Shown piece by piece: positions 33,624 through 46,800 of a stretch of 64,000 bases of DNA (positions are counted from its first letter, which is position 1; each line of letters begins with the position of its first letter). The notes below the pieces were generated by a model. The model had not been told where the DNA came from. It ran no database searches and worked only from the letters and a program-made list of their open reading frames with translations. Made by a program: the position numbers and the translations under genes. Source of the stretch: Basidiobolus meristosporus CBS 931.73 (lineage: Eukaryota; Fungi; Basidiobolomycota); the NCBI GenBank assembly GCA_002104905.1, contig MCFE01000280.1, positions 1 through 64,000 of the forward strand. The letters run 5' to 3'.

Positions 33624-34858
33624 ATGGCAAACCGCACCGCGGTCGATGCGTTGTCTGTCCACGGTACTAATCCGCAATTCCTGATCGAGAAGATCATCCG
33701 TACCCGTATCTTCGAGTCCTTGTATTGGAAGGAGGAATGCTTTGCGCTCACAGGTACCCAAATCGGTTTTCCCTTCCCCCCGAAGTGCCACGCGTTAACA
33801 ACGAGTTCATTTCACAGCCGAGAGCCTGATCGACAAAGCGGTTGCGTTGGATTGCATCGGTGGTGTATACGGCAACCAAAAACCCACCGCGTTTCTATGT
33901 TTGACCTTGAAGTTACTCCAGCTGCAGCCGGAGACGGAGATCGTGGCGGAGCTGATCAAAAACGAAGATTTCAAGTAAGTTTCTTTCGATACTCCAGAAG
34001 AGTGCTCGGTGCTTTCGAATACCACTGAGGCTAACTATTGGCCCTTTCCCTGTGACAACCATTTCCGAAACTTCTCGCGAACCACCTAGGTATCTTCGTA
34101 GTTTGGCTGCGTTCTATTTTCGGTTGGTCGGCTCCTCCAAAGAGATCTACCAATATTTGGAACCATTGCTTACGGATTATCGAAAGTTGCGTTACCGTAC
34201 CACCAGTAAGTTGGCTCGTTTTCCCCGATTTTCCTGAAGCGTTATTGATGTAAGGGGTTTGGGTGGATTTTGTTATTGTTATTAAGGCGGGAGTGGCGAA
34301 CTCGTGTATATGGACCAATTCATCGACCAACTATTACATGAGGATAGAGTTTGTGACATCATCCTGCCGCGACTTTTAAAAAGGGAGGTGCTCGAGACCA
34401 ATGGAGATTTGGAGCCTAGAATAAGCCCGTTAGAAGATCTATTGAAGGAGCAGATACTTGAGGAAGAGAGTAAAGCGGAAGCAGCACCCGAGCTTGCACA
34501 GGATGGAAGCCCCGATGTGGCTCAGAATGGTGACCCCGAAAAAGCCCAAGATCGACGAAGGGACTCGAGCGAGGATAGGCATAGAGAAAGACGTAGAAAC
34601 AGAAGCCGTGATCGACATAGGGGAAGAAGCCGAAGCAGCAGTTATGATCGAGACAGGAGAAGAAGCCGGAGCAGCAGTTACGATCGAGAGAGGAGAAGAA
34701 GTCGAAGCAGAAGTTATGATCGGGAGAGGAGAAGACGGAGGGATTCAAGTAGAGATCGGGACAGAGACAGACATGGGCGTCGACACAGAAGGGATAGAAG
34801 CAAAGATAGGGACAGATACAGAGATAGAGATCGAAGCAAAAGTAGGGATAGGAGATAA
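33624..34858 (+). CDS. PRP38: Pre-mRNA splicing factor Prp38 with RS-rich tail; exons 33624-33753, 33818-33974, 34090-34205, 34287-34858
   Basis: MANRTAVDALSVHGTNPQFLIEKIIRTRIFESLYWKEECF, FLCLTLKLLQLQP, KYLRSLAAFYFRL, YLEPLLTDYRKLR and MDQFIDQLL. Three GT-AG introns restore the frame. Confidence 0.95.
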
Positions 34859-35183
34859 TTTCCCAATCCCACGCTTGTACTCCGCCAAACTACCTCCCCC
34901 CCAAAGCTAATCTATATGTGTATTAAAGTGACTTTTTAGAGACCCGTACCGTTACGCATCATCACCTTTGTTCTTACACCACAGCGCCGATTCTGAATTC
35001 AATTCAACAACCATGTAATAAACCAGAATTGTGCCATGTATTTGTAGTATCAATGGTAGGGAGAATCATTTATTTACGTAGATATGGCAGAGTTCGAATT
35101 GTAAACATTAATGTTGGCATCACCGATAAAAGGTTTCTCGCTGTTGGTTGTCAAGAAGGTTGGTTACTTTTGGGTTTAATAAT

Positions 35184-36926
35184 TCAGACTGGGTGTTGGT
35201 CGTTCTCCTCATGCTCGAGGTCCTCCTCCTCCTTGGGCATCACGAGGTTGAGAATGATGGCAATCAACGCGGCAATGGTGAAGCCAGAGTTCACAATCAT
35301 CTCCGCCGAGATGATCAGCCCATTCACCGTGGTGTTGGTCCCTTTGTATGACGACAGTGCATACGAGAACCAGTCATCCTTGATGGTGGTGCCCATGCCA
35401 AGGGTCATGGCCGCGGAGGCGATGAATCGATCCCGACGGGTCCACTTCAGGTAGCTGAGGATGCGGATGCCCGAGACAAGGACGTTCGCAAAGAGGAATG
35501 TCGTCATCCCTCCGAGCACCGACTCCGGGATGGCCAGGAAAACGGAGGCCAGCTTGGAGAACACCCCCAGGATGACGAGGAACAGACAGCATGCGTACCC
35601 GGTGGTCAGGTTCGCGCATCTCGTCAACGCCACGATTCCGTTGTTCTGCGCAAATGTGGACATGGGCGGGTTGGTGAGGAGACCGGCCAGGAGACTGTTC
35701 AGCCCGTCGGCGAGCACTCCCCCCTGGATACGGGTCTCGAACACTGGCCCGGACACCTCCACTCCTGACACATCACAGCAAGCCGTGATCGTTCCGATGG
35801 ACTCGACCGCGATCAACATGTAAATCACCAGCATTGGGATGATCGCTGGCGTGTAGATCCCCAGCCTGAACGTCTTCACCCACACAAAGGTCGCGACCGG
35901 CGCATCGTTGATCACCTGAGTGTTCACATACCCGGTAGACCAGGACACGATCAACCCAACGATCAGTCCGAGCACCACCTCGGCAGAGCGCATGAAGTGC
36001 GAGCCAAAGATGTCAAAGAGAATGATCGAGATGAACACCAGGAAGCCGAGTCCCATGTACTTGATGTGCCCCCATGGGAGTGCGTTGGGGGCTCCGACAT
36101 TCGGACACACCGTGAAGTTCCCGCTTGTTGGGTGGGTGATGCATGGCCCGCTGCCACCGCCCCAGTTCTTCAGTCCTGACCCAACCAAATGAGCCCCGAT
36201 CAAGGTGACGGTGATCCCGGTGACGAGCGGGGGGAAGAGCTTGTGAAGCATCTTGGCTGGGACAAACGAGATCAGGATCATCAGCACCGAGCACACCATC
36301 GTGGTCCCGAGCAATGAGCCATATGCATCTGGGCATGGCAGGTAGGTGGTGATCTCTCCGGCGGCATTCTTCACACTCGGACAGAACCCGGACTGGTACA
36401 TGTAGGCAAAGGAGGACTCCGCCACTGGCATGATGGTGAACGAGGTCCCGACCACGGTGATGAGTCCTGTTCCCATGTAGTAGCGAGTTCCCGGGATCCT
36501 CCACCGGGTCATCTGGATCATGGAGAGCAATCCACAGGTGATGAGGGAGGCGGAGATGAGGTAGGAGCGGTACTCGGTGTCGAGGTTCATGTGTTGCGGC
36601 CCGGGCCCCGAGAGAATGAGTGGTGGGGTGACCACGCCGGCAAGCATGGCCAGACAATGCTGGAAACCCATGATGATTGCCACGGCAAGGGGCAGCCGGT
36701 CTTTGATTCCGATGAACTTGGCTGGCGCTTGCTTAGTGAGGCCAGGTAGGTTGGGCAGGCACAAGAAGCCGAAGTCGTAATCACCAATCCAACCCTGTCT
36801 CGTGCATAGGTTGCGCATATACCACTTCAAGTTACTCTCATCAATCGATGGGTAAGCTTCACGCTCAGCGGATATGTACTTATCCTCATAAGCAGAAACC
36901 GAGAATTCATTTTTTGCTTCCGACAT
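35184..36926 (-). CDS. uapA: UapA-like permease copy 2 (inverted)
   Basis: 580-aa ORF; near-identical to copy 1 after a distinct ~30-aa N-terminus. Confidence 0.93.
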   Translation of the reverse strand: MSEAKNEFSVSAYEDKYISAEREAYPSIDESNLKWYMRNLCTRQGWIGDYDFGFLCLPNLPGLTKQAPAKFIGIKDRLPLAVAIIMGFQHCLAMLAGVVTPPLILSGPGPQHMNLDTEYRSYLISASLITCGLLSMIQMTRWRIPGTRYYMGTGLITVVGTSFTIMPVAESSFAYMYQSGFCPSVKNAAGEITTYLPCPDAYGSLLGTTMVCSVLMILISFVPAKMLHKLFPPLVTGITVTLIGAHLVGSGLKNWGGGSGPCITHPTSGNFTVCPNVGAPNALPWGHIKYMGLGFLVFISIILFDIFGSHFMRSAEVVLGLIVGLIVSWSTGYVNTQVINDAPVATFVWVKTFRLGIYTPAIIPMLVIYMLIAVESIGTITACCDVSGVEVSGPVFETRIQGGVLADGLNSLLAGLLTNPPMSTFAQNNGIVALTRCANLTTGYACCLFLVILGVFSKLASVFLAIPESVLGGMTTFLFANVLVSGIRILSYLKWTRRDRFIASAAMTLGMGTTIKDDWFSYALSSYKGTNTTVNGLIISAEMIVNSGFTIAALIAIILNLVMPKEEEDLEHEENDQHPV

Positions 36927-38600
36927 CTCTCAATAAAGCTTGAAATGTGGGTGTGTATTGAGCTATAGCCTCATCCTTCAGGTTTATATAACACACGAAC
37001 CCAACATCGGGATGCTAGAACCCAGTGATCTTTTCTGGCTAATAGTCGACTCATGAACCGATAGTCTCACCCGTTTCTCCACATCTACTCTCTAAATACT
37101 CGGAGTCCAATTAGGCTTGAGACTGCGCAGTGGTGGCGGCAATTCTGAGATTGGGTTTAGATCTATGCGTAATAGAGATTTTCTAATCCTACTTTCCGCG
37201 ACTGTTTCATGAGATCACGATTCTCTTGGTGAGCTTAAACTATGGCTGCAGCATTGTCTTAAGGGGCTTGGTGACTCTTAAATGATGGGCTCTGTAGAGG
37301 GTACACAGTTCCAACGTAAAAATTTCCATAGTTTGTGGGACGAATTCTCTGGTCGTGGAGAAATCAAGGGGTTGAAAGTGGGCCAGAACCTAAGGTTGAA
37401 CCGAAGTGGTGAAACCCGATGCCTTAGGCACCAAAGAGGAAACAACCTACACGGGCCTCGTGGATGTCATCCTGGCAACCATGGAATGATGCTAGCAGCT
37501 GGAGTTTCCGTTAATTTGGCCCCCTTGAAAACCAGTTGTGTGATTGGGAAAGCAGGGGACATACTACAGATACCAAAAATTCGCGTATTACACATCCACT
37601 CTTCTCCATCGCTTTGCAGTGAATTCTCCCATGCCTCAATGAACATGCTGTTATTGCTTCACCAGAGTACAACCGTTACCGCTCGGAGCAATGCTAAACC
37701 TGTGGATGCGCGATTCCGTACGATACAACCCGAACATCAAGCCAACCCGAACGTAGGCGATGATCTTGAATACGATGGTTCCTAACTGGATGGAACCTGG
37801 AAAGGTGGCGAGGTAATGATCGTAAGGATGGCTGTGGATAGCGTGGTAGTAACCCATTCACTACTCTTGTAGTGGGGTGGAAATCCCTATTGGTTGGGCT
37901 TCCTTTCATTTTGTGATGAATGTTTCACACCATTAATTAGCTACTTCTCGCACAGAATGACCCGTTTCTGATCACTTCATATACAGGTCGTGCCTTGGCG
38001 AGTCGATTCGGATTAGCCATCATAGGCCCAGAACAGAACAGGCAACCATTTCATAGACACGACCCGTTCAATACTAGATTCCGCTTAATGCGGTGTGATT
38101 ATCTCCTGGGATTAAACCAAGGAATTGGATTATCTCGTGGCCTCGGGAGTTCACCCGAACAACAGGTGGTGGTGGGTAATCGACCAGGAGCCGGTTTATT
38201 CCCTGTTCCCATTCATTCAGTTGTCTCATTCAATTTCAGGCAACTCATTGACTTTGACGTTGTAACCGAAGTGCGAATAGTTCTTAACTTGAACCGCAGA
38301 TCATGTGCCATTTCCTACACGAGCCAATCCGGCCAATGGTCGACTGGTATCCACCTGATTTCAGCGAGTCTCTTTCACACGCTGTGGAATTGAATGGATT
38401 TGAGTCATACGAGCATGTATTAGCCGTGGTTTTTTGCCGATATCGTTGGCGGAAGGTAATCCGGTGACTGGATTGACTCGAGGGATTAGTAGACAAGGAT
38501 CAGAAAATTTCCCTCATAGCTAGTCCATTGCGCGGACCAGCCAATAGGAGAGCGGCATTCCGACGGGTGTGGAGAAACACTATGGTTTTCAATATCCAGT

Positions 38601-38616
38601 CACTGATAAGATAACC
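38601..38616 (+). promoter_or_regulatory. Overlapping GATAA pair (TGATAAGATAA) ~190 bp upstream of permease copy 3
   Basis: cactgataagataacc. HGATAR sites are the AreA-type nitrogen-regulation motif and fit a purine transporter, but they are short. Confidence 0.35.
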
Positions 38617-38799
38617 AAAGTTTGAAGTTTAACACAGACAAGATTTATTCGGAAATGGGTCATTTAGGGGGGGTACAGGTGTTCCCATCGTATCTGTCAA
38701 CCGTATCCAACGAAATTTCCCCGCACCTGATATAAAAGTTTCCCAGCCTCCGACTTGGACAGATCATTATACCTACCCCCTCCTCATTGAATAGTCGCT

Positions 38800-40538
38800 A
38801 TGAAAAAAGAGGACGTGATCGATGTTGGCGTGGAAGAGAAGGATTTCATCTCGACCGAACCAAGGGCATATCCACCAGTCGATGAGAGTAACTTGAAGTG
38901 GTATATGCGCAACCTATGCACGAGACAGGGTTGGATTGGTGATTACGACTTCGGCTTCTTGTGCCTGCCCAACCTACCTGGCCTCACTAAGCAAGCGCCA
39001 GCCAAGTTCATCGGTATCAAAGACCGGCTGCCCCTTGCCGTGGCAATCATCATGGGTTTCCAGCATTGTCTGGCCATGCTTGCCGGCGTGGTCACCCCAC
39101 CACTCATTCTCTCGGGGCCCGGGCCGCAACACATGAACCTCGACACCGAGTACCGCTCCTACCTCATCTCCGCCTCCCTCATCACCTGTGGATTGCTCTC
39201 CATGATCCAGATGACCCGGTGGAGGATCCGGGAACTCGCTACTACATGGGAACAGGACTCATCACCGTGGTCGGGACCTCGTTCACCATCATGCCAGTGG
39301 CGGAGTCCTCCTTTGCCTACATGTACCAGTCCGGGTTCTGTCCGAGTGTGAAGAATGCCGCCGGAGAGATCACCACCTACCTGCCATGCCCAGATGCATA
39401 TGGCTCATTGCTCGGGACCACGATGGTGTGCTCGGTGCTGATGATCCTGATCTCGTTTGTCCCAGCCAAGATGCTTCACAAGCTCTTCCCCCCGCTCGTC
39501 ACCGGGATCACCGTCACCTTGATCGGGGCTCATTTGGTTGGGTCAGGACTGAAGAACTGGGGTGGTGGCAGCGGGCCATGCATCACCCACCCAACAAGCG
39601 GGAACTTCACGGTGTGTCCGAATGTCGGAGCCCCCAACGCACTCCCATGGGGGCACATCAAGTACATGGGACTCGGCTTCCTGGTGTTCATCTCGATCAT
39701 TCTCTTTGACATCTTTGGCTCGCACTTCATGCGCTCTGCCGAGGTGGTGCTCGGACTGATCGTTGGGTTGATCGTGTCCTGGTCTACCGGGTATGTGAAC
39801 ACTCAGGTGATCAACGATGCGCCGGTCGCGACCTTCGTGTGGGTGAAGACGTTCAAGCTGGGGATCTACACGCCAGCGATCATCCCAATGCTGGTGATTT
39901 ACATGTTGATCGCGGTCGAGTCCATCGGAACGATCACGGCTTGCTGTGATGTGTCAGGAGTGGAGGTGTCCGGGCCAGTGTTCGAGACCCGTATCCAGGG
40001 GGGAGTGCTCGCCGACGGGCTGAACAGCCTCCTGGCCGGTCTCCTCACCAACCCGCCCATGTCCACATTTGCGCAGAACAACGGAATCGTGGCGTTGACG
40101 AGATGCGCGAACCTGACCACCGGGTACGCATGCTGCCTGTTCCTCGTCATCCTGGGGGTGTTCTCCAAGCTGGCCTCCGTTTTCCTGGCCATCCCGGAGT
40201 CGGTGCTCGGAGGGATGACGACATTCCTCTTTGCGAACGTCCTTGTCTCGGGCATCCGCATCCTCAGCTACCTCAAGTGGACCCGTCGGGATCGATTCAT
40301 CGCCTCCGCGGCCATGACCCTTGGCATGGGCACCACCATCAAGGATGACTGGTTCTCGTATGCACTGTCGTCATACAAAGGGACCAACACCACGGTGAAT
40401 GGGCTGATCATCTCGGCGGAGATGATTGTGAACTCTGGCTTCACCATTGCCGCGTTGATTGCCATCATTCTCAACCTCGTGATGCCCAAGGAGGAGGAGG
40501 ACCTCGAGCATGAGGAGAACGACCAACATGCGGTCTGA
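38800..40538 (+). pseudogene. uapA: UapA-like permease copy 3 with a 1-bp frameshift (real, or a homopolymer sequencing error)
   Basis: ggatcccgggaac in copies 1 and 2 versus ggatccgggaac at ~39224-39235; the rest is near-identical and open. Confidence 0.8.
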
Positions 40539-42400
40539 ATTCCATCCTTGCTCGCCAGATGCTGACGAGGATTTCCTATGGCCCATCCTATTCCCCATCC
40601 ACCCTTTCTGAGCGGATGAATAATATTGTAATATAACGTATATCATTAAAGTTGGATTTTTTAACTACGACCCAACTGTTGTACCTCAAACCATGGCCAT
40701 TGTCTTTCCATCGGTGACCATGTGTAATCACTCAATCGGCGTTGATTGGTCCCAGGGACGCGCGGTCGACGGATCCGAGCATATAGAATGGGTGGAGCTA
40801 TACAAGGTGTCAAGACTCTGGGGGTGGGACCCTTCGACACCCTCGTTTCATTGGTGTACCACCTCGACCGAATCCCAGATCCCACTTAAATCAATTTAGC
40901 AAAGGATATATTTGGGAATTCAACCAACATGCCTGATTCATGTACCTCATCAATGCCGTAGCGCATTTCTTGGGGAATATAGAGCGCTGTGTCGTGAAGT
41001 TGGCTTCGAACAAGTCGTCCATAGGCGGAAGCCAACTCAGCCGGTCAGATTGGCGGTCGTTTCCGTTCGTGGAATCCGGTTGACGCTACGCTCTGCGCCG
41101 GTTCAACCAAGGTTCCAAGTTAATTTAGATGATTAAGCATCGAGCCTAATCATCCCGTGGTTTATTGGCGACTTTCTTGCCGAGTCATCTGATCCTATCG
41201 AGGTCGGATCGATCTTATCTTAGGATAAGCCCTCGGCGTTGTCACCAAGGACAGGTCCCAACCGCTTCTCCAACCGATCAACGGTCCGGTTCACTAATTG
41301 GTCAAGGAATACTCTAACCGTTGAATGCCACCCGGCAGGTTCATGGTTGATGGGTGGTTCTAGGAACCCGGAATTTCGCCAACTTGACTACTGCTTTCCC
41401 CGCACCATGGATATACTGGATTATCATCCGAAATCATTGGTCGCTTGTCTATTCTTATGCCGGTGAGTTTATTAGAGGATTTCAGGTGTTAGTACCGTCA
41501 CCCGGATATTCCAGTACAGGGTAGACTGGCTGCAGCTTTCCCTTACCATAAGGATGTCTCAACTAGGTTCAGCGGGTCGTAAGGACGATTGAAGGCTATC
41601 TGAGAAGGCCTCGACCGAAGATGGCAGCCACTGATTGGATGCATACTAACCACCGAGCAAAATATTGGATGACTTGGTGGCGCCGAATTCCACTTCAGCT
41701 ATGTTGCATTGCAGGAGACTTGGGCCAGTGACGTAAATCGAATGAATCTGCTTATACTTGTCGCTCAGCGGAGACCCACGGGGCCAATCTTCTTCCTACT
41801 ATGCCCCCAACAATCCCTTCATTGAGTCAATCTGTAAATAGTCCCAATGTTTGCGGATTTCCGTGTAGTGTTCTTATGTAGGGTATAGTTTCAGACCCCA
41901 AGAATCTGTATGCGAAGGTCCTAACCTTTTGAGCAATACGGAGTAATATCCTTAGTAATTCTCAACACTGTATTTGGCCAAAGAATGTCAGCGGTTGTAG
42001 TACAGGATCTAAGAGACCGCATTCATTTAGCTATTTAGATGCAAATGCAAAATTTGCAATGGTTGTTGCTTACTTGTTTATTCACTAATATATATAGATA
42101 TTTATCCACCTTTTCAAAGGTCCTGGTGAAGTAGGAATACTACAAAGCTCAAGAAGGTCCTAGGAGCAAGTATGCAGATGCTGAGGGGCTTACGAGTAAC
42201 TCCGACTACCACCTTATTTGGTTTATATTGCTACAAATGGATAACTATATTGTGGCTGGCAAAATTTGACATGGTGAATATATACCAATAATACTCTTTC
42301 CAAAGAAGCTCACAAAGTCCAATATGTACTTGGATGCTACAAATACAATGCTCCCTATCAATCAACCACAGGTATATCTGATATATCTCATGACAAACAT

Positions 42401-42747
42401 TGTTGCAAGAGTTTTGGAGATATTGGAGGTGATTGGAAGAACAAGTGGATTATGTGATTTTCACTCAATGATATAATGAACATAAAAGTAGTATATATGC
42501 TTCTGCATGGATTGGCCAGAAAAACACATAAAATTTGTTTAGGAAGCTCCTAAAAACATGTGTGCAGAGCTTAGGGTGATTTGGACAGCTTTGAGAAATG
42601 TTATGCTCTTGGTGCCTTATAGTTTGGTGAAAATATTCCTTGTAAGGCCTGAGAAGGAATTTGGTCTGAATTCTCCAAGATTAGTAGGCAATGATCCAAG
42701 TGACTAAGTCAAGAGAATATCTAGGTGTGATGAAAAAACCTACATCA
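42401..42747 (-). mobile_element. Degenerate copia LTR with a PPT-like stub
   Basis: Starts tgttgcaagag, ends tacatca followed by ctccac; similar to 43887-44232 and 51390-51738. Confidence 0.75.
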
Positions 42748-42769
42748 CTCCACACAACTAAATATTTAC

Positions 42770-43886
42770 ATGAACCAGTCCCAATTGTGATCTGGGATAC
42801 TGTCAATCCTCAATGTCATTTGATATGTAAGGTTTAATATATAAAGCAAAGTATTGCCTTTTATTGCTTTGAAAGGTTGCTCTGTGGGTCTTATCTTTGG
42901 GCACAGCTGTAGTGCTTCAAAGACTGTACAGTGCTCCTTTGCTGTTACATTAGGAAATGGCTCTATCCTGGTCCCCAAGAAAAATAACATGGTCCAACAG
43001 GTGAAGCCAATTTGAATCAGTTATCAGGATCCTGCAGTGAGGCCATTATAGTGCCTGCAGCTTGGAATTCTTAACCCTTTTTACCCTCTTTTGGCAGAAT
43101 TGTGACCATGTTTGCTGATTTTACTGCAAAATAATGTAATAAACTTGGCAGCATTTTGACAGTCTTTTTGCAGAGCTTACATGGTATTCAGGCAGTCTTA
43201 ATGCAGTCTACATTAATCTGAACAGACCTAACCAGTCAATACATTTAACTGCCTTCTATGGTCAAAAACATGATATTGCTTAGACAGCCTTGATGTGCAT
43301 CTCTTTTGACATTATAACAGCTTTATAATTGCCTACAGCTAGTCCTGCATATTGCTGTCATACCAATTTACCAGTAAGTATTTCATTTTCTACCTCCACT
43401 GGTGCCTTTGATATATTCCACTGTGGAATCACACCTCTTTATTTGCTTGCCCACTACTATCATGGGTATTCCACACAGAGATTGAATTAAACAAAACTAT
43501 GGCCTCCTGCTTACTAACCTCTTTATATGCACACAGCTGCAGGAACTGAAACACTTCTATCACCCCTACTTTATGGCTTTTCAGTGTGATACTTGAAAAG
43601 CTGCCATAGACCTTCCCTATGAAAAATAACTTGGTCCTGCAGGTGGATCCCATCTGTATCAGCCATCATGATCCCATCAGGAGACCACTATAATACCAGC
43701 AGCTTGGAATTAATGACCATCTACATAATCTTATGACAGGATCACCACAGTGTTTGGCTAATTTTACAGCCAAATATAGTTGAAAAACATAATAGTATTT
43801 GTACAGTGTTTTGCCAAGGGTAGGATGGTATTGTGGCAGTCTTAGTGCATTCTACAACTACTTCAGTGGATCTAACTGGCCAGTAC
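42770..43886 (-). mobile_element. CACTA/EnSpm-like transposase relic
   Basis: DNA similarity to 51950-52900 (aaaata...tggtc..gcaggtggatcc, gcagcttgga). The empty-site paralog at 52530-52550 shows that the copia LTR inserted here. Confidence 0.55.
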
Positions 43887-46800
43887 AGTTGTAAGAGTCT
43901 TGGAGATATTGGAAGTGATTGGGAGGACATGTAGATTATGTAGTTTTCACTTAATGGTTTGTTGAATGTAAAAGTAGTATTTATATTTTTACATGGTTTT
44001 GACATAAAAGACATGTAGAATAGGTTAAGGAGGATTCAAGAGCATGTGTGCAAAGTTTTGGGCTGTTTGGACAACTTCAAGAATTTTATGTTCTGGATAC
44101 CTGGTATTTTGGTGAAAATATTCTACATAAATCTTGAGAAGAAATTTAGTCAGTATTCTCTAGGATTTGAAGGTAATGATCTAGTGACTAAGTGAGGTGA
44201 ATATTTAGGTGGAATTCCAAATTTTTACAACACTCCCACTCAGCTATATGCTCATACTGACTAGTCCTAATTTTGACCTAAGATATGCAAGCTTGTCTCT
44301 AGCTAATGGTTTAGTAGATATGTCTGCAATCATTTCATCTGAAGGACAGTAAACTAAGCTAACTAAGTTATTATCTATAGCTTTGCATATGTAATGATGT
44401 CTAATATATATGTGCTTAGTTCTAGCATGAAAAGTTGGATTTCTACCTAATTGTATACATCCTTGATTATCTTGAAATAAAGTATTAGGCATTTTCTGAC
44501 ATAGGCCTAAATCTGTAAAAAGCTTTCTTAGCCACTTTACTTCTTTTGTAGCTTTGCAGGCTGCCATATACTCTGCCTCTGTGGTAGAAAGTACTATGGT
44601 TGGTTGCTTTCTGGAATTTCATGAAATTGCTCCTTTACAGTACAGAAAGGTGTATCCTGTGGTGGAACTTCTGCCTTCCAAATTTTGTCCCCAATCAGCA
44701 TCAGAATATCCCACAAGATCTTTTTCTGAATTCTTATAAGTGTATCTTAAGCAGATATCAGCAGTTCTTTTTAGGTTTCCAAAAATCCGCTTAACTGCTG
44801 AAATATGATCAGATCCATAGTTCTGATTATATTGGCTGACTACTCCCACTGAGTATGAGATATCTTGACATGTTCCAAGCATGATATACATCAGACTGCC
44901 AACCATAGACTGATAAGGAAAGTCAGGGCTTTCAGATGGCACCAAGCTCTCTTGATTTGGTTGAGTTTTGACCAAGTTAAGGTTTGTCTCCATTGGGGTA
45001 GTTGCAAGTAAGCAGTCTTCCATTTGATACTCCTTTAGCATATCTTGAATATACTTGGATTGGCTTAGGGTGATGGTCTGGGTACTTCTGTCTATGGAGA
45101 ACTTTATCTGTAAGTAGTAACTGAGTCCTTGTAGATCAGATATCTTGAACTCTCTAGATAGGCTGGATTCAGTCTCCTCCAATGTTGCTAGATTTTTGGT
45201 GGCTATAATAAGATCATCCACATATAGAGCTAATACAACTGAATTTGCTCTATCTGGCTTATGGTATTTACTCTAGTCAGCATTACTCCTTTTGAAACTC
45301 ACAGATATCAAACAAGAATCTCTCTTGCAATTCCAGGCTCTTGGTGATTGTTTGAGACCATATAGAGACTGTTAAAGCTTGCAGACCAAATGGGGGTTAT
45401 CTTAGTCAGCAAACCCATCAGGCTGGTCCATATGCATGTCCTCAGCAAGTTCTCCAATCAAAAATCCAGCTGTGACATCCATCTGATGAGTAAAAAACTT
45501 ATATTTGGCTGCAATAGCCAATATTAATCTGATGGAATTGAACTTGGCTACCAGTGCAAAGGTCTCAGTATAGTCAAGTCCTTTTGTTTGAGAGTATCCT
45601 TTGGCCACAAGTCTTGCTTTGTATCTTTCAGTTGTACCATCAGCCTTGTATTTTGTCTTGAATACCCACCTGTATCCAATTGATACTTGGTAGATTGGTA
45701 ATTTGACCAAGTCCCAAGTATGATTTTCTGTCATGGCCTGATATTCCGCAGCCATTGCAGATCTCCAAAACTTTGTCTGAGGGCTATCTAGGGCCTCATT
45801 CACAGTCTGGGGCACATCAATATGGACTGAATAGGCATAGGCTAAGTTTGTACCCTCATTGATACAGTAATTTGGGTTATGTCTTGTCTGATTGAATCTC
45901 TGGGCATTTGATACTGGAATGATTGCTTCTGGGATATTCCTGGGCACTGATTCAGGCTGAATCACAGTTGTTGAGTCCTCTGGAGTGAAAAAATTTTCAT
46001 TGCTTTGCTCTGTATCAATCCTGACCATTGGTGGACTTGAGATCAGATTTTTGTCATCATCGGATGTCATTTTTTGTGAAAATTTTGAATTTCATAAAAC
46101 AACACATCCCTGAACTTGATCAGCTTCTTTGCTTTGGTATTGTAGAGTCTAAGACTCTTACAACATAAAAGGCTTTCTTAACTGCATTGCTTCTTTTGTA
46201 GCTTCACAGGCTCCCATATACTCTGCCTCTGTGGTAGAGAGTGCTACAGTTGGTGGCTTTCTTGAATTCCATGAAACTGCTCCTTCACAGCAAAGAAAGG
46301 TGTATTCTGTGGTGTATCTTCTGTCTTCCAAGTATTGTCCCCAATCAGCATCAGAATATCCCACAAGATCATGTTCTGAATCAATTTAAGTATATCTTAG
46401 GCAGATATCAGCCGCTCCTATTAGGTATCTAAAAATCTGCTCAACTGCTGCAACATGATAAGATCCATATTTCTGAATATGTTGGCTAACAGCTCCAACT
46501 GAATATGAGATATCTGGACATGTTCCAGCATGATATACATCAGACTGCTAGCCATATATTGATCAGGAAAGTCAGGGCTTTCAGATGGCACCAAGCACTC
46601 TTGACTTGATTGAGTTTGGACCAAGTTAAGGTTAGTAAAGCTGGATTTGCTTTATCTGGCTTATAGTATATACTATAGTCAGGATTACTACTTTTGAAAC
46701 TCAAGAATTCCAAACAAGAATCTCTCTTGTAATTCCAGGATCTTTGTGGTTGTCTGAGACCATAGAGAGATTTTTAAGCTTGCAGACCAAACAGGGGTTA

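Noticed and set aside
34560-34858. Repetitive purine-rich tract
   Set aside because: It is the ordinary RS/RD-rich tail of Prp38.
28085-40646. Repeated alternative-frame and antisense ORFs over the P5CR and permease genes (e.g. the 214-aa His/Arg-rich ORFs)
   Set aside because: By-products of GC-rich codon usage; they recur only because the host genes are duplicated.
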